64,000 nt of DNA from Chlorokybus atmophyticus (taxonomy: Eukaryota; Plantae; Mesostigma and Chlorokybus algae), in NCBI GenBank assembly GCA_009103225.1, contig RHPI01000008.1:486015-550014 (forward strand), in the 5' to 3' direction. The notes beneath the pieces were generated by a model that was given only the letters and a program-made list of their open reading frames with translations, was not told the origin of the DNA and made no database searches. The first letter of the stretch is position 1. The number at the start of each line of letters is the position of its first letter. The position numbers and the translations under genes were made by a program. Below, one piece after another: positions 22,608-35,828 of the stretch.

Positions 22608-23043
22608 TAGCTTACATGATCACACACAGTGTCAAAAGCACAGTCGAACAGTTGACTAGATTTGTGTGTTTGTTCATTGTGACCTCCACACTGTTGGCTC
22701 ATCGTGGCCAACTACGGCAGCAAGTGCATGTTGCCACTTCCGCGTAAGACATGCCTTTCAAGACATATGAGGCATGATGTTGGCAAAACTTATACAACAT
22801 CACTACTCACACAACCCTCCTTGAACATAAGAAATTGCACCCTTTATGTGCATTAGTTGGCAAGATAATTCCAACTTCACGATTCACACAACCCTTGTTA
22901 GACACGTGCAATTGTAACCTTTATGTGCAGCAGTTGGCAAAGTTTCTGCAACATGTTTGCGCAACTGTTGTCAAACGTTTTCCAACAAGGTGGTACCTGT
23001 TGTCTCAAGAATCAAGAATAACATGCGATGTGTCAACAACATT

Positions 23044-23082
23044 TCCGTCCACGAGTTGTCCCCCCGGATCGTGCGACACGCC
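23044..23082 (-). repeat. Right terminal inverted repeat
   Basis: tccgtccacgagttgtccccccggatcgtgcgacacgcc, followed by aagg. Confidence 0.92.
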
Positions 23083-24780
23083 AAGGCTGTAACTAGTAGT
23101 CAATCTCACTACACGAGCATGCTTGACGCCAAGATTGTATGCACGCATTGCTGTCTACACCCAAACATCCGACCAAATTATCACAGTAGCTGGTAGGTAG
23201 CAGGCGCATGCCCCTACCTTTGTGCAGGTAATCTGGCACATCAATCCTAATTGCCACTGCCTACTTGCACGCACTTAGGTAGCAGCCCCCTAAATGTAGC
23301 TAGCTAGCTGTGTGCTGCGTGTTGTGGTGTGTTATTGCCTTCATTGTTGTTGCCTTGCTGCTGGTTGACATTATTGCCTCTGGCCTCTGTGCTATACCCT
23401 ATGCCTTAGCCCGGTGGTCAAGTTAGTGAGTGGTTGTTGTGGTTGTGCATTGCATACGGTATAGCAAAGGGGCCAATACTATGATACACTAGTATGCAAC
23501 ATCGTCACACCAAGCTACGTACTGTCATCCCTGCCTATTACTGCACAAGCATACTCACACGCATGCCAGCGGCCAATAGTGTAGCACACAGCAACAAGCC
23601 AGCATAACATCGATAAACACCAAGCAACCAGCGAACTAGCTTAACATAGCTACGGGGGCTGGACCTATGTGCTCAGCAAGGCTTACAATGCCAACCAACA
23701 AATTGAACGGAGAAGCAGCAGCAGCAGCGCAGCGCATTTACCTACACAGCACGGGGGAGACAAGCAGAGGGAGAAGGAGAGAAGTCAGCCCTTGACCTAC
23801 ACCAGTGTAGACAGGACCGACGTGCTCGACCAGGCCCCAGCCGCCACAGTGCGCCACTATGGTTTCTTATACCCTCCTGCTGTAAGGAGTCACAATACGG
23901 CTGTTGGCATTGCCGGTGCCAATGTATTCGTGGCGAGCAGAGCATGTCACAGCCATATGCATACATCACACAACTCACAACAGCCAGCGAACGAGACCTA
24001 ATACATGTGGGCATGTGAAGCTGTATGCTCCCCACCGTTTACACGTTGTGCGTGATTACAGCAGTTGCAATACAATGATACCAATGCCTGCATGTATCAT
24101 CAAATACATAACCTGGTCGTGTCCACATGACCGAGCGTAATCTTGATTGTAGTGGCCTGCGCTGGTACCTCATGGCTTGCATGTCAAGCAACAAGGAATG
24201 ACCTCAGTCGCGAAATCGTGCATGTGGACGCAGATTTGCATGTACGAATTCCGCCTTGCATGTTTTGCACACCACATCACACAACGCAATGCAGCCGTCT
24301 CCGCAAAGCGGACATCTATGCGAGGGCTGCGTCCGCTTCTGTGGTCGGGGGGCCGATAGTTGATGGCAATATCATGGAAGAGACATACCCGAACAACAAA
24401 CATACTAAGCAACACAGCCGCGCTGCAGCTTTTTGCATGGAACTACTAGATGTTTGATTAGACAATAATGCACACTAGCTTGTAAGAACAGCATCTGCAC
24501 TGCCTGTCACACTATCAACCACGACCACCAACTGCAGCCCTTGACATACAAATCTCTAAAATAGCACAGTATGCGTCTCTATACTGCACCTGTGCAAGCT
24601 AACACGCCAACTGGAACCTTCGCTTTCAATGTGTTAGCAACTGCATGGAAAATGCCTGGTGACATGGTATAAATGAGCACTACGCTATGCATGATACTAA
24701 CCCCTTAGTCAGAATCTATGCACAGGTGATTTGTACAAGAAGGAGCCCTATCCTTCATGGTTTTATATAAGCCGCTCTCA

Positions 24781-26975
24781 TCAGGCCGTAGAAAAGAGTC
24801 CATCACCTGATCATTGCATGTCATGTAATGTCAGTTGGCATACACATAGTTGTGTGCGCTCACCTGCGCATGCTAACCCACCAAACAGAAGCGATCGAAT
24901 CATAAGAGCATACCTGCTTCTTCCTTGGGTTGTGGCGTGGGCGAGTTTTTCCTTGACAGGTTATGAATGACAGCAGAAGAAAATACCGAGTTGGGAACAA
25001 ACACAGGGACGTTGTCGTCCTTAATTATGCGCGTGTGATATATGCCAATGTTTTCAACAACTCCGCAAAGGGACCCGTTATTGATTTCAATCCTGTCACA
25101 AGGAATCATGACACTAATCAATCGCTGTGTTACGCAATTATGCATGTACACAAGCATGCATGGGCGTAAAGGTTTCCGCACGCGCGCACTAAAATGCACA
25201 TGCGCATCTCTGAGCACGGGTGTGACACGCAAACGCCTGCACACGCACACGCAAAAGCTGTACCTTTCGCTCTCGAGGAAAGGTCTGGTGATGAGCATCA
25301 TCAGTCCGGAGACCAGGTTGGACACAACGCTCTGCGAGGCGAGGCCGATGGCCAGGCCGCCCACGCCGCCAAATGCGAGGAGGGCACGCGTCTCGACGCC
25401 GAGCAAATCCATTGCCACGAGCGTCGAAATGACATATGTGGTATATGTCCCCAGCTTCAATAGCAGCCGCCGCGTTGATTGCTGCGTTATAAACTGCGAG
25501 TGACCGCCCAACGCCGCCTGCACATGACCACAAAACCAAGTCACGCTCTCTGTCGCTCTGCCAGTGTTGAAGCAAGTACACGTTGTGTTGATCATCTCTC
25601 ACCTTTTGCACGCGTATGCTTATCCATGCGAAGCATGCCACAGCGGCAACTTGGCAGGCTTTGACTGTGACTGCTTGCAGTTGCAATGCCTGCAAGCAAG
25701 TGCATAAGTGGCATTGTTGTTAGCACCGGCATGGCAAGCAACACAATGACTTACAACTGTTACCTCTGCTCGGTCGGCCCACGGCAACATGTGCACGACG
25801 TGCTCCCCGAGGATGTTTATGCCCTTCACCGCGCCCACGACCCACACCAACACCGAAAGCGGCACCCTCAAAGCCTCTGCCAATGCCATATGCGTATGTC
25901 AGCAGAGAAGCTCAGTTTGAACTTGCATGCAGAATGCGTTTCATCACAAAACTCGTGTCGTTCTGTGCAATCAAAGACCCAACATGCGTGCGTACCAACA
26001 AAGTCGTCCACGCCACCGGGTTTGCCGTCCTCGAGCCTTCGAGCGATGGTGTCGAGGACGCGCTCGGTGAGAATCGCAAAGAGCCCCGCCACCACGACCT
26101 CCAGCGCCATACTCGCCAGCGGGATAGCCCACGCCAACTCGGGGTACTGTAACTTACACTCAGTAAGTTGGTGACCGTGACGGTGATGGTGGTCGAAGAT
26201 TATATGTGCGCATGCACATGTGCATATACACATGGGCATACACGCTTGCATGCGCGTGTATGCAAAGTCTTCAAGCACACGCAGATGGGTGGGTATGAAT
26301 GCAAGTGTAGCAGGTGCATTGTTTTACGCGAGGCAGCCCTGTGAGGGTGGCGGTGTTGTTTTACTGTCTGTCTTGCACGTCAGTACGCCAGCTGTCACAT
26401 ACAACCGTGTGGTTGCACAACCAGGCTGTTTGCAACAGTCCACATGCATGTTAGAGGGTTCAATAGTGCTGCAGGGTTTTCTGACGCACAGAACCATGGG
26501 TGACCAACATGAAGCTAAGTGTACTGCGCGGGTGCATGAACATCCCGTGCCGAACATGCACGCTCAACTTGTGAAGACTTGAACTGTTGTCTTGCTGCTG
26601 CAAGCTGCACCATCCGAACCGACAAGCACATGCAAAGCAGGGAGGACACTGCCACTGCCGGAAGCTCACCTTGCGCATGAAGTCAGCCACGGGTCTATAC
26701 AAGATCCCCGGCGTGAAGCTGCCCGCAGCCGCCACCTGCGCAATGCAACCCGAGGCGGAGGCGGAGGCGGAGGCAGAAAAGGAGGGTGAGGCGACAGGCT
26801 GCCTCCGCCGCCTGAAGGCGCTGCTGCTGTTGCTTCCGAGCCATTCCTGCCGCAGCACCAGCTTCCCACGCTCAGCAGCCGTACACGGCGGCAAGAACCG
26901 ACTGCCTGAACGTGACAGACTGCATGAACCAGGCGACGGTAAGGACACCGCCGCCGCCGCCAACGACACCGCCAT
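24781..26975 (-). CDS. MSL: MscS-like mechanosensitive ion channel with organellar transit peptide
   Basis: Ser/Arg-rich N-terminus, several TM exons, and MscS core LLAFGGVGGLAIGLASQSVVSNLVSGLMMLITRPF...GVVENIGIYHTRI..VFVPNSVF..IHNLSR. Last exon GDGLFSTA* with TGA at 24781-24783. Confidence 0.85.
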
Positions 26976-27561
26976 GCTGGACTACACTCCAGCCTTTTGT
27001 CGCCTTGCTGAAGTTTGCCACAAACCAAGAGATATTTTGATTCACCAGATACTGTACCAGAGATACGGTCGACTGCCCGGAGACGCGACGGCCGGTTACG
27101 GCTGGATACGCCGCTAGGAGGAGGCTAGGCTAGCGGATTACTCTCTCCTGGCCCAGAAGACGGTGCGTGACGCCGTTACGTGTGGGTGCGTACCAGCGTG
27201 TGTTTCATCGATCACGTGATGTGACAGACTTGGTTTTAGTGGGAGTGTCCGTCAGTGAATGGAGTGAGGGGGGGAGAGCGCAAGGGTGGGGTGAAGTGGA
27301 CGTCGCTGGACCTGGGAAGTCACGCTTGATGTGACATGGGTGCTTTGCTATAATGTGTGGCATGGCGGCGCTTCAGGCAGCATGCAGCAAGGAAGGGATG
27401 GTGGAGAACAAGTCAAAGCTCAAGGTGGCAGGGACTGGGTGGGATGTGTGCTCCTCTCCAGCCAGTTGTCGCTTTCGAGGCTCAAGCATAGCTGCAGCGA
27501 TGCTCAAGCCTGCTCAGCAGCCAGCATAACGCTGGAGAGAAAGGCGTCAGAGCGCAGCAGC

Positions 27562-29903
27562 ATGGGTGCATGGCTCAAACACTCTGCCAGCAGGCGCAGG
27601 ATGAGCAGCAAGATGCACCGGACAGCCACGTCCGCCTTAACGACATCATGGCTGCTGTTGCTGTGTCTCGCCACCTCCATCTCAGCCACACCACTCTCCT
27701 CCACCCTCTCCTCCTCTCCCTCCTCCTTGTCGGCTTGCAAGGCGTTGCAAGCTACGCTAGCTGAGCCATCCGACCTTCAGTGCGATCGCGACCCCCCCGC
27801 GCCGTGCATGCTGATGGGCGCCATGCATGACAACGCGTCGGTGCACGACTACGCGCGGTGCAGAGTGACGCCTGAAGTCAGAGACTGGTGGTGAGTGTTG
27901 GGGGGTGACTCTGTCTATCACATCATATGGGTGTCGCATCGTTTAGTGTGAGACTGCTTGATGCAGTAATACGAGACCCAAGTGTCGGTGTAGCCATACT
28001 CGATCAGCATGAGTCGGTGCAGCTGCATCTGCCAAGGGTATGGCTGTGGGTGTGGGTGGGAGGGTGGGTATAAGGGTGGGAGAACTTGATTTGGATGAGG
28101 AGCCGGTGCATGCAGGGGTGGGTGCGTTGCGCTTGCTGTCTTCCATGCAGCATTAGATACTTTGTTGTGGTCGCACAGCACATGCAAGCTGCCAGAAAGT
28201 CCATGCAACCCGCTGATATCCAACATGCAATCACATGAACCTACCTACCCTCTAGACCCACGCTTGAAGTAGGCGAGTGCTGGCGGTGAGGACGACAATG
28301 TAGGCAGCATCCGCTGCGCTCAGTGTGATTCAGTGTGTGGTGGGATGTGATGACGTGTGTGCGTGCGGTGGTGGCGTGCCGTGGGAGCACAGTGACATGA
28401 TGGTGCGGTGTGTGGTAGCGAGCAACCAAGGCAGCATCATATCAATGTACATGTGCTTTTGTAGTACAGTCCTCTAAACCCATATGCCTGCGCCAAAGCA
28501 CAAGATACTGCCTGTCCTTAAGTGCTCACTGTATGTGTGCACACGCGCGCGCGCATGCGTGCACGCGTGTGTGTGCGCGTGCGTGTTTTGCACCTCATCG
28601 CTTACTACTGCACTCTGCATGGTGAGTCCCTAGGCCTGTGAGGGATTCGCATGTGACCGAGGAGGATGATGCTGTTGGAGATCGCGTGGGTGCAATGAAG
28701 CGAGTAGCTGCGCTCGTCGGAAATCACACTGTTGTATTTGTTGGCGACAGCATTTCATATCAGGTAAACATGTCGAGCAGTGAGCATGACGCATTGAAAA
28801 TATTTGCGCGTGCAATCTGCATCGTCACGGATGTGCAGAACTATTACTCGCTAATGTGCGGGCTCGCGCGTGCCGGAGACATGGCATACCCCAGCCAGCT
28901 GACAGATGCAGCTCGAAAGGCAAAGACCTTGGTTTATGAAGCTGGTGCAGCATTTGCTCAGGTGACACCTATGAGCCTTGCCTGCAAGTTCATGGAAACG
29001 ATTCTTGCATAGCTGATATATGACAGGTTTGTGTTGAACATGCAGTTGCAAGTGTCAGCACAGTATGGCACTATTTTCCTGTTTGGGCGGGAGTCAGTGT
29101 ATGACAAGGAGAAGATGGCCAAGTACATGGCGCTTGCGGACGTGTTGGTTGTGAACTTTGGGCTGCACTACAACGAGAATCGTGCGAGGGAGTTCTACGA
29201 TGCGGTGGCCTCCCTCAAGGAACAGCTGTTGGACTTCGTGCTCGGCGGGAACGGCACAAAGGTGGCAATAGTGAGGGAGGTGAGCGCGCAGCACTTCCCG
29301 CACTCAGGCACTTACAACGCCTCGGACACGTCTCACCAGGCCACCGGCTGCACGTGCGAGCGCATGCGGGAAGACATAGCTTTTAACAACCATGTCACGC
29401 GCCAGAATGAGGCCCTCAGGAGTATGGTTGCCAACATAAAAAACCCTCGCCTACAGCTGCTGCCCTTCTACAATCTCACCAATGCTGGCCACGATATGCA
29501 CGTGCAGGACTGCAGCAAAGACCGCATCGCCGACGGGGGTGGCTGCTGCGACTGTACGCACTACTGCTACACGCCAGAGTTCTGGGACTTGGTTGCCGCG
29601 GAGCTGTACAGCAAGCTTGCATCCGCACTGAGTGTTGGGAATGTCACTAGCAAAGCTGCTGAGGCACCTGCTGAGTTATCAACAAGAGGGGTATCAACAC
29701 CGGGAGCCGAGACACCTGCTGAGATGATGTCATCGTTGCCTGCTGCTCAGGCACCTGCTGAGGTATTACCACCAGCTCAGGCTCTGCTTAGGGCAGAGTC
29801 CCCGGCTGATGGTTTAAAGAAGGTTGTGGACCACTTTGAGGAGCGGCGGCGGGCTGCAAGGTCGAGGCTTTACGCTAGCGGATTCTTTCATACCAAGTCG
29901 TAG
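27562..29903 (+). CDS. TBL/PC-esterase (SGNH-like) polysaccharide O-acyltransferase-like protein
   Basis: N-terminal hydrophobic anchor (SWLLLLCLATSISA), VVFVGDS motif, VVNFGLHY and terminal DCTHYC (DxxH). Internal exons at 27900-28400 are not fully resolved. Confidence 0.75.
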
Positions 29904-30344
29904 CAGCAGAGGTGTGGAAACAGCATTGGTACCCGCAATAGAACCGTCGCGGCTCCATAAGCTTGTCCGGATAGTGTGTGCGTGTTCTGAATGTCTATCA
30001 TTGCAAGACATTTGTGTGTACATCTAATCGCAAATGAACAAGTGTTGACTAGGACAATGACCTCAACACTTGGTGTATTGTACACAGATTGTACACAGAT
30101 TCACTAAGTGACAACCACACTGGCACATGAATGTCTTGCAAGAGAAAACACTGAGCTGCCGCCACTCTGCAACTGCCAGCAAGCCGTTGGTGTTGCCCAT
30201 TTGCATACAACAGGGTTGTACAAGGGAACGACCACTCCTGGCAGAAAGCGGGTATCAGTCATCATTTGCGCTCAACATTGCGGCCAAGTGCCTGTGCCTT
30301 CACAATACCATACCTTGTATCGTATATCTTTAGCGTTAGTGTAC

Positions 30345-33300
30345 TCACTGAGCTGTTTGAGAAGCCTCACAATCCTTCACGCTGGAGGCCCAGAAGTAAT
30401 CAAGGCGGGAAGGGGTCCTTCGGACCTGTCCCTGTAGCAGACAAAGTGCACCAATGATCCGTCCGGTTGCACGGCAAACACGCTCGTCCCGATGCGCTGC
30501 AGCACACAGAGTCATCAGCCAGTGCAACCATTCCACAGCAAGTGCGAAGAAGCACATCCAGAAGGCTGCCTAGCAGCAATGGCATTGCCGATGTTTATAA
30601 AATTAGGCTGATAAGGATTGGGAACAGCAGACTGGTAATGCTTAGTACCTTAAAACAGACGATACATGTCTTGTCTGGCTGGACAGTGACGGAGCGTCGT
30701 CGGCACTTTATCAGCGCTTCACGCACCTGCGCAGTGGCTGGCATGTTCAACATGCATCCACAATGCAAAGCGGTAACAAGAATTACCAACACTGAACCTG
30801 CAAGTTCTCGCTTCGCCTCAAACTGCGCACGACGGTACAGAACCGATGCCTTTCACTGCCTTCCTTCAACACTGACTCGATAAATGGCAACAATACCTGC
30901 AAAGCGTTGGGGTGCAGTGACATAGCCACTAGAAACGCTTACACACAACGATGACACCAGGGATGACATTGCCTAACCTGAAGTGTTATGTTAGCGGGTA
31001 GCAGCGACAGTGCCATTGTCGCATCAATCTTGTCATGCTGCGATTGTAGCAGTGCAAATGCTTCATCAAGCATGGGGCTGTTGCCAACAGGCGCACGCTT
31101 TGTGCTGCTTTGACCGCTGCTCACTCCAAGATAAGCCTTGAGCAGCAGCAGGAAGACTTGCTTTTTGTCAGGGTCTTCTTCTTCAGATACTGTGCTGTCA
31201 TTGTACACGCGCAAGCAGTACTCTTGCGCCAGTTTTGGTTTGTTCAGCTTGCGCGCATAAATGTCCAAAGCCTGTTTAAGACACATGTTGAAACAGCTGC
31301 AGTGTAGTGTGCGTGATGCACGCCCAACTGCAGGGCTTACTTGCGAGTGCTGGCGGATTTTTTCCAGCAGCAAGCACCTTTCTTCATACAGTGTATCAGC
31401 TGGGAACTTTGTCAGCATGCGTTCGGGAATGTAGTGCCTAGACTTCTGAAGAAAAGACAAAAGGCGCTCCCTTGTCGCGCTTTGCGACGCACCAGTACCG
31501 GACTTCTGCTTTTGCTCCTTCAACACCTGTGCAAACATGCATCAGGTGTCTAAGTAGTAGACCAAACGAATACTAAGCTGCATGACCCCCCCACAGCTCT
31601 ATGAGCCATTGACGTTGTCAACAACTACGCATTAACTCTGCTTGCACCTCTTCCAGATACAACTCTGCAAGTTCATTGTGATGGTCAGGGGAATCCGACA
31701 GCGGCTCCTCTCTCTGCACGAGCACGCTTTCCAGGTACTCCAGCCGCATCTGTGGTGCATATTTGCGCAGCTGCGGCATCACCAACTTGGGCGGGACAGC
31801 CGGCACAACTTCTGTAAAGACTTCCAGTGCTGCCGCGGGATGCTCTTGCACAAGCCATGCGCAATGATCCACGATGAACTGTGGACCCATCTCGCCCATC
31901 TGTTTCAGATAATCCGCGGTAGCGAACGAACCGACCAAGCTGGAGGACTTTCCGGGTTTATCACTCTGCTTTTGCTGGCCCAGGTCCTGCAGTAGCTTCA
32001 GAGCCTAACACACCAAGGGCAGGTAAGACTACACCACAGAAGCTACGGGGACGCACGCGCACACACATAGCACAAGCCGCGTACGCGGTACCTCATGGTG
32101 GCGGCGATTGAGTTTATACAAAGTCACCAGGTCTTTCCACCTTTCTGCCTGTCGCAGGGACTCTGCTGATATCGTCAGATCAAGCTGGTTCTCGCCTTCA
32201 ACTAGGGTGGAAACAGCTTCCTATCAATTACATGTCAGTGCGCTGCTACTAGTCATAACTCAAAGCAACAAACTTGAGGGGATTATACCGGGTCAGTGGC
32301 AAGGTAGGTTTTGAGCAAGGCGGTGTCAACAAGGCATGCAAGGCTGCGGTCATCCGTGGCAGACTGCTTGTTCCGCAAGTCCTCATGGATCTCCTTAAGA
32401 TAGCCACCGAGAGCCTTGAGTGCCTTGCTGAGATTTGCACCCTTCGGCTCCAAGCAATTAGGAAGCTCTTGAGAGTCAGGCTGCGACTCAGTGAGAGTTG
32501 GAAGAGGTTGCAGTGAAGGAAACAGCGAAAGGACGACTGATGCATGCTTTGCGGCCAGCATGAACTGCTGCATGGCACCAGCGTAGTCGGCTCGCTCAAA
32601 CAATTGGCACTGCACATCAAGGCAATAAGTGTACGGATGAGTTGAGCAGGTGAGCACTTGCTGCAACCAGCAAACTGCATGTTGCTGTTGGTACCGCATA
32701 GCGAGTTCGGATGGCTTCTTCTTCTTTCATACGGCTACTTTCTGGTAGAAGTTCACACAGCGCGATGGCCTCACCATAGCTGCCGGCGGCTGCAAGAGCT
32801 TCCGCCTGTACATCCACCAGTGTGAAACAACAAAAATCACACTGTGTGCACAACCGCAAGCACGGTAGGTTCACGCTGCCAACATACTATGCACCTGTGC
32901 ACTCAGCATCACGGGAGTCAGCCTGTGCACGGAGTTGGTGGCCCTGACGAGTACAGCGGCTACTGATTCGTCGCTGCATACAATGCCCTGCCATGTCGTG
33001 CACAGATGTTAGAACCACTAGCTGGCTGCCACCGCCGTAAGTACCAATACTCCGATAAACAATTGCAAACAATTGCAAATTGGTTGGCAAATCCACCCCT
33101 TTAAGCAGTGCATGCAACCCCGCACCTTTGTATCCCGAAGAGGAATGGTCTGAACTAGCATGTATGGCGGTTGAAGAGAGCGCACCTGCAAATAACAGCA
33201 ACACAGCTTGGCCACGATGCTGATAGTCAAGCACTACATCACAGGTAGTTTGGTGACTGTCAAACACCTCCACATAGCGAGACAACAAGGCCAGGACATA

Positions 33301-35241
33301 CGGCATCGACTGCGCCGTTGCAATCGGCGGCTCTGACCTGCGCCACAGGTGTCAGACAGCAGCCATGAAAAGACGATGTAAATAATGCAGTTAGAGAAGC
33401 ACCGTCCAGCTTACCAGCTGAGACCATGTTTTCGGCTAGGTCTGCCCTCATGATTTAAGAACATGCCAATGTTGTCCTACAAGACAACAGGGGTGGTTTG
33501 TAATGCACCGTTTTACTGTTGGCATCTGGCAATTGTAGCAAAGCAAACAATGAATGAGGTGGCAAGTCCCCAGCACACATTACATCTACCTTGCTCAGTA
33601 GCAACTCGTTGTTGGGCAAAGCAAGCACTGAGGCTTCTCCTGTCCGACCGACAGGAAACACCTGCACACATGAGATGCCTTAAGGATGGCAAAGTCCGGC
33701 AATGTGTGGGCAGACGTGTTCATACGATATATTGCTGTTTGTGGGGCACACAAGACCCACCTCCGTTATGGCACCTGTGTTTACGTTGACAAGCGAGTAC
33801 TCTTTCTTCAATGCAAGGCACAGAGACTGGCCGCACCATACCATTGAGCGAATCGCATCCGGTGCGCTCAACTCCTTCACCTGACAGAGTGTACAACCCA
33901 GAAAAGGACAAATTGTGTCAAAACGGTTTGTTGCGTTACCACAACAATGCTGCACTAGTGTTAAACTTGTAGCCTATGGCGCGTACCTCAACAAAGTCCT
34001 TGCCATCAAAGTGATAAAGCAATAGCCGTCGCTTCATTGCTGCACACAGCATGCCCCTTTCTTCGTCCCAAGCCATTGCACTGCTTACAACAGCACATTG
34101 CGTTGCGTATGCAAAAGCAAGCCATGCAACATTGCACTTTTTATATGGGCACAACGCACCTGCAGCCTCGCGTGTGCACCAACTGCGACACTGCATCCAA
34201 CTCTGGTAACTGAGAACATCAGTGAGGTTGCGTTCACAACTACTTACACGCATTCCTGGTCAATATTCACGTGTACAAAACCACCAAACGCACCGCATGC
34301 ACGCTGACACCCTCTCCTTCAGATAAGCTCAGGAGGAGACCCCGATCAGCAGTCACCACAAGCTGCATGTTGGCGAAGGGCTTGTCAATGTAACAGCACA
34401 TGCCACGGACAGCAAAAACTTCTGAGAGGAGAGTGTGTTGGTGACGCATAGCTCCCAACCTGAACAATGGGCTTTTTGGCTGGCATCTTCTTTGAGGATA
34501 GTGCAACATACTTAGGTGACACCTGCTCAGCCTCTGTGGCTGCTAAACACAAAACGATTGGCGAAGCGTCAAGCAAGGTGTGCGCAATTGCAACAGCAGC
34601 TGACTAGTATTGTGCGGGACTAGACGAACATACGCAAACGTATGGAAAGCTGCTGCCATAGCATGCCAGTTCAGCCTGCAAGCCTCCCTCATGCAACGGT
34701 TAAGGCAGCAAATTGAGCCGTCATGACAGAACTGGAGCAACCTGACTGCCGTTCAATTTTAACAACGTGAGGACAAAGCATATTCACGCTGTCGCACGCA
34801 ATGACTGGCTTTCTCAACTGAGACTACTTGAGAAGGCCGAAGCACACCAGCTTTCGCATTCCTACCCCTGACGTACGATTGAATGTATTTCAAACACAAA
34901 GAGAACACTTGATAGCTCGCAGGTGTAGGCATTTGGTTCCATGCATGGTGCTGCAACACCGTGATCCCCTGGTGATTACTATGAGCACATGCAGCAGCAT
35001 GTCTGGTAGCAAGTACTGCTTAGAATGCAGTTATCGCACATGCTGAAGGTTTTGCACGTTGTTTCATCTATCTGTTGTCTACGCACGCACGCACGCACGC
35101 ACCAGGATCACGCCCCATGAGGAAGAGCGCTCCTTCAACTGTCCCGATCACCAGCCTGGTGGAGCCCCATGCCGCCAGGCTAGCAATGGAGAGCGGAAAG
35201 TCCTCCACGCACGGGGTACTCTCAAAAGCCACATGCACCAT
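30345..35241 (-). CDS. VPS39: Vacuolar sorting protein 39 (Vam6)
   Basis: Starts MVHVAFES..LVIGTVEG. CNH-type exons (MCWCGQSLCLALKKEYSLVN, IEVRSL..QPPYMLVQTIPL), clathrin-repeat region (HHNELAELYLEEV, LLSFLQKSRHY, LYEERCLLLEKIRQHSQ) and C-terminal CIVCFK RIGTSVFAVQPDGSLVHFVC. Confidence 0.9.
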
Positions 35242-35828
35242 CTTGACCACGCCTCCTCCTCGACCGCCGCCTCCGCCACTGCTGCGGAGGCCCAGCGGAC
35301 CAAAACACTTGTGGCACCTGCTCCAAACTATTCGAATGCCATAGACTGCCTTTAGGACCACTCAAGACTCATTTTGGGACTCTCGCTGCCTCAGTATCAA
35401 TGCAGACGTCGATATCCAAGCAGCTTTCAATATTGCGCCGGCCTTCCCGCTGATCCGCAACGGGAATCGGTTGGTTATCATCGGTTGCCAGCCGGCCAAT
35501 CGGACGGTTGGCGAGGCAGGATTCCACCAGGGTCAGCACACCGCGCGCTGTAATCTGCCGGGCGAAGCAGCACCCGGGCAGCGCTCCCGCTCGTCTCAGC
35601 GTCAGCACACACGCAGCGGATCCTAGCACAGTCAACCAACTTAGAAGCAGTCAATCTGAGCACTTTACGCAAGCCTCAACCATGAATTCAAGTGACATGG
35701 GATTATTGTAACCAGGTTGTCCCAGTTAGCGATGTTGAGACTGCGGTTTGGGTTAGTTGTTCCGGTGCCAACTAGCCACGTGAGATTCAGTAGCGCTGCT
35801 GAGGTGGCGTGGCGGGCACAAGGCGGGC

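Larger units (their letters stand above)
11608..22952. repeat. Dispersed 20-bp palindrome GTTGGCAAA-NN-TTTGCCAAC (about 17 copies)
   Basis: Copies start at 11608, 11695, 11773, 13032, 14201, 15691, 16823, 16888, 16955, 19333 (degenerate), 19409, 19555, 19704, 21291, 22779, 22856 and 22933. Confidence 0.85.
11375..23082. mobile_element. Sola2-type DNA transposon, 11,708 bp, carrying a cargo gene
   Basis: 39-bp TIRs (11375-11413 and 23044-23082, 37/39 identical: ggcgtgtcgNNcgatccggggggacaactcgtggacgga). AAGG direct repeat on both flanks (11371-11374, 23083-23086). Internal Sola2-like transposase gene. Confidence 0.9.

Noticed and set aside
11608-22952. NF-I binding sites (TTGGC-N5-GCCAA)
   Set aside because: The half-site spacing here is N8, and NF-I is an animal factor.
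11375-23082. Assignment to KDZ/Zisupton, Harbinger, hAT, MuDR or CACTA
   Set aside because: The 4-bp TSD, GGC termini and DFSENY/SDNC..QYK/HGKG motifs fit Sola2 and not those superfamilies.
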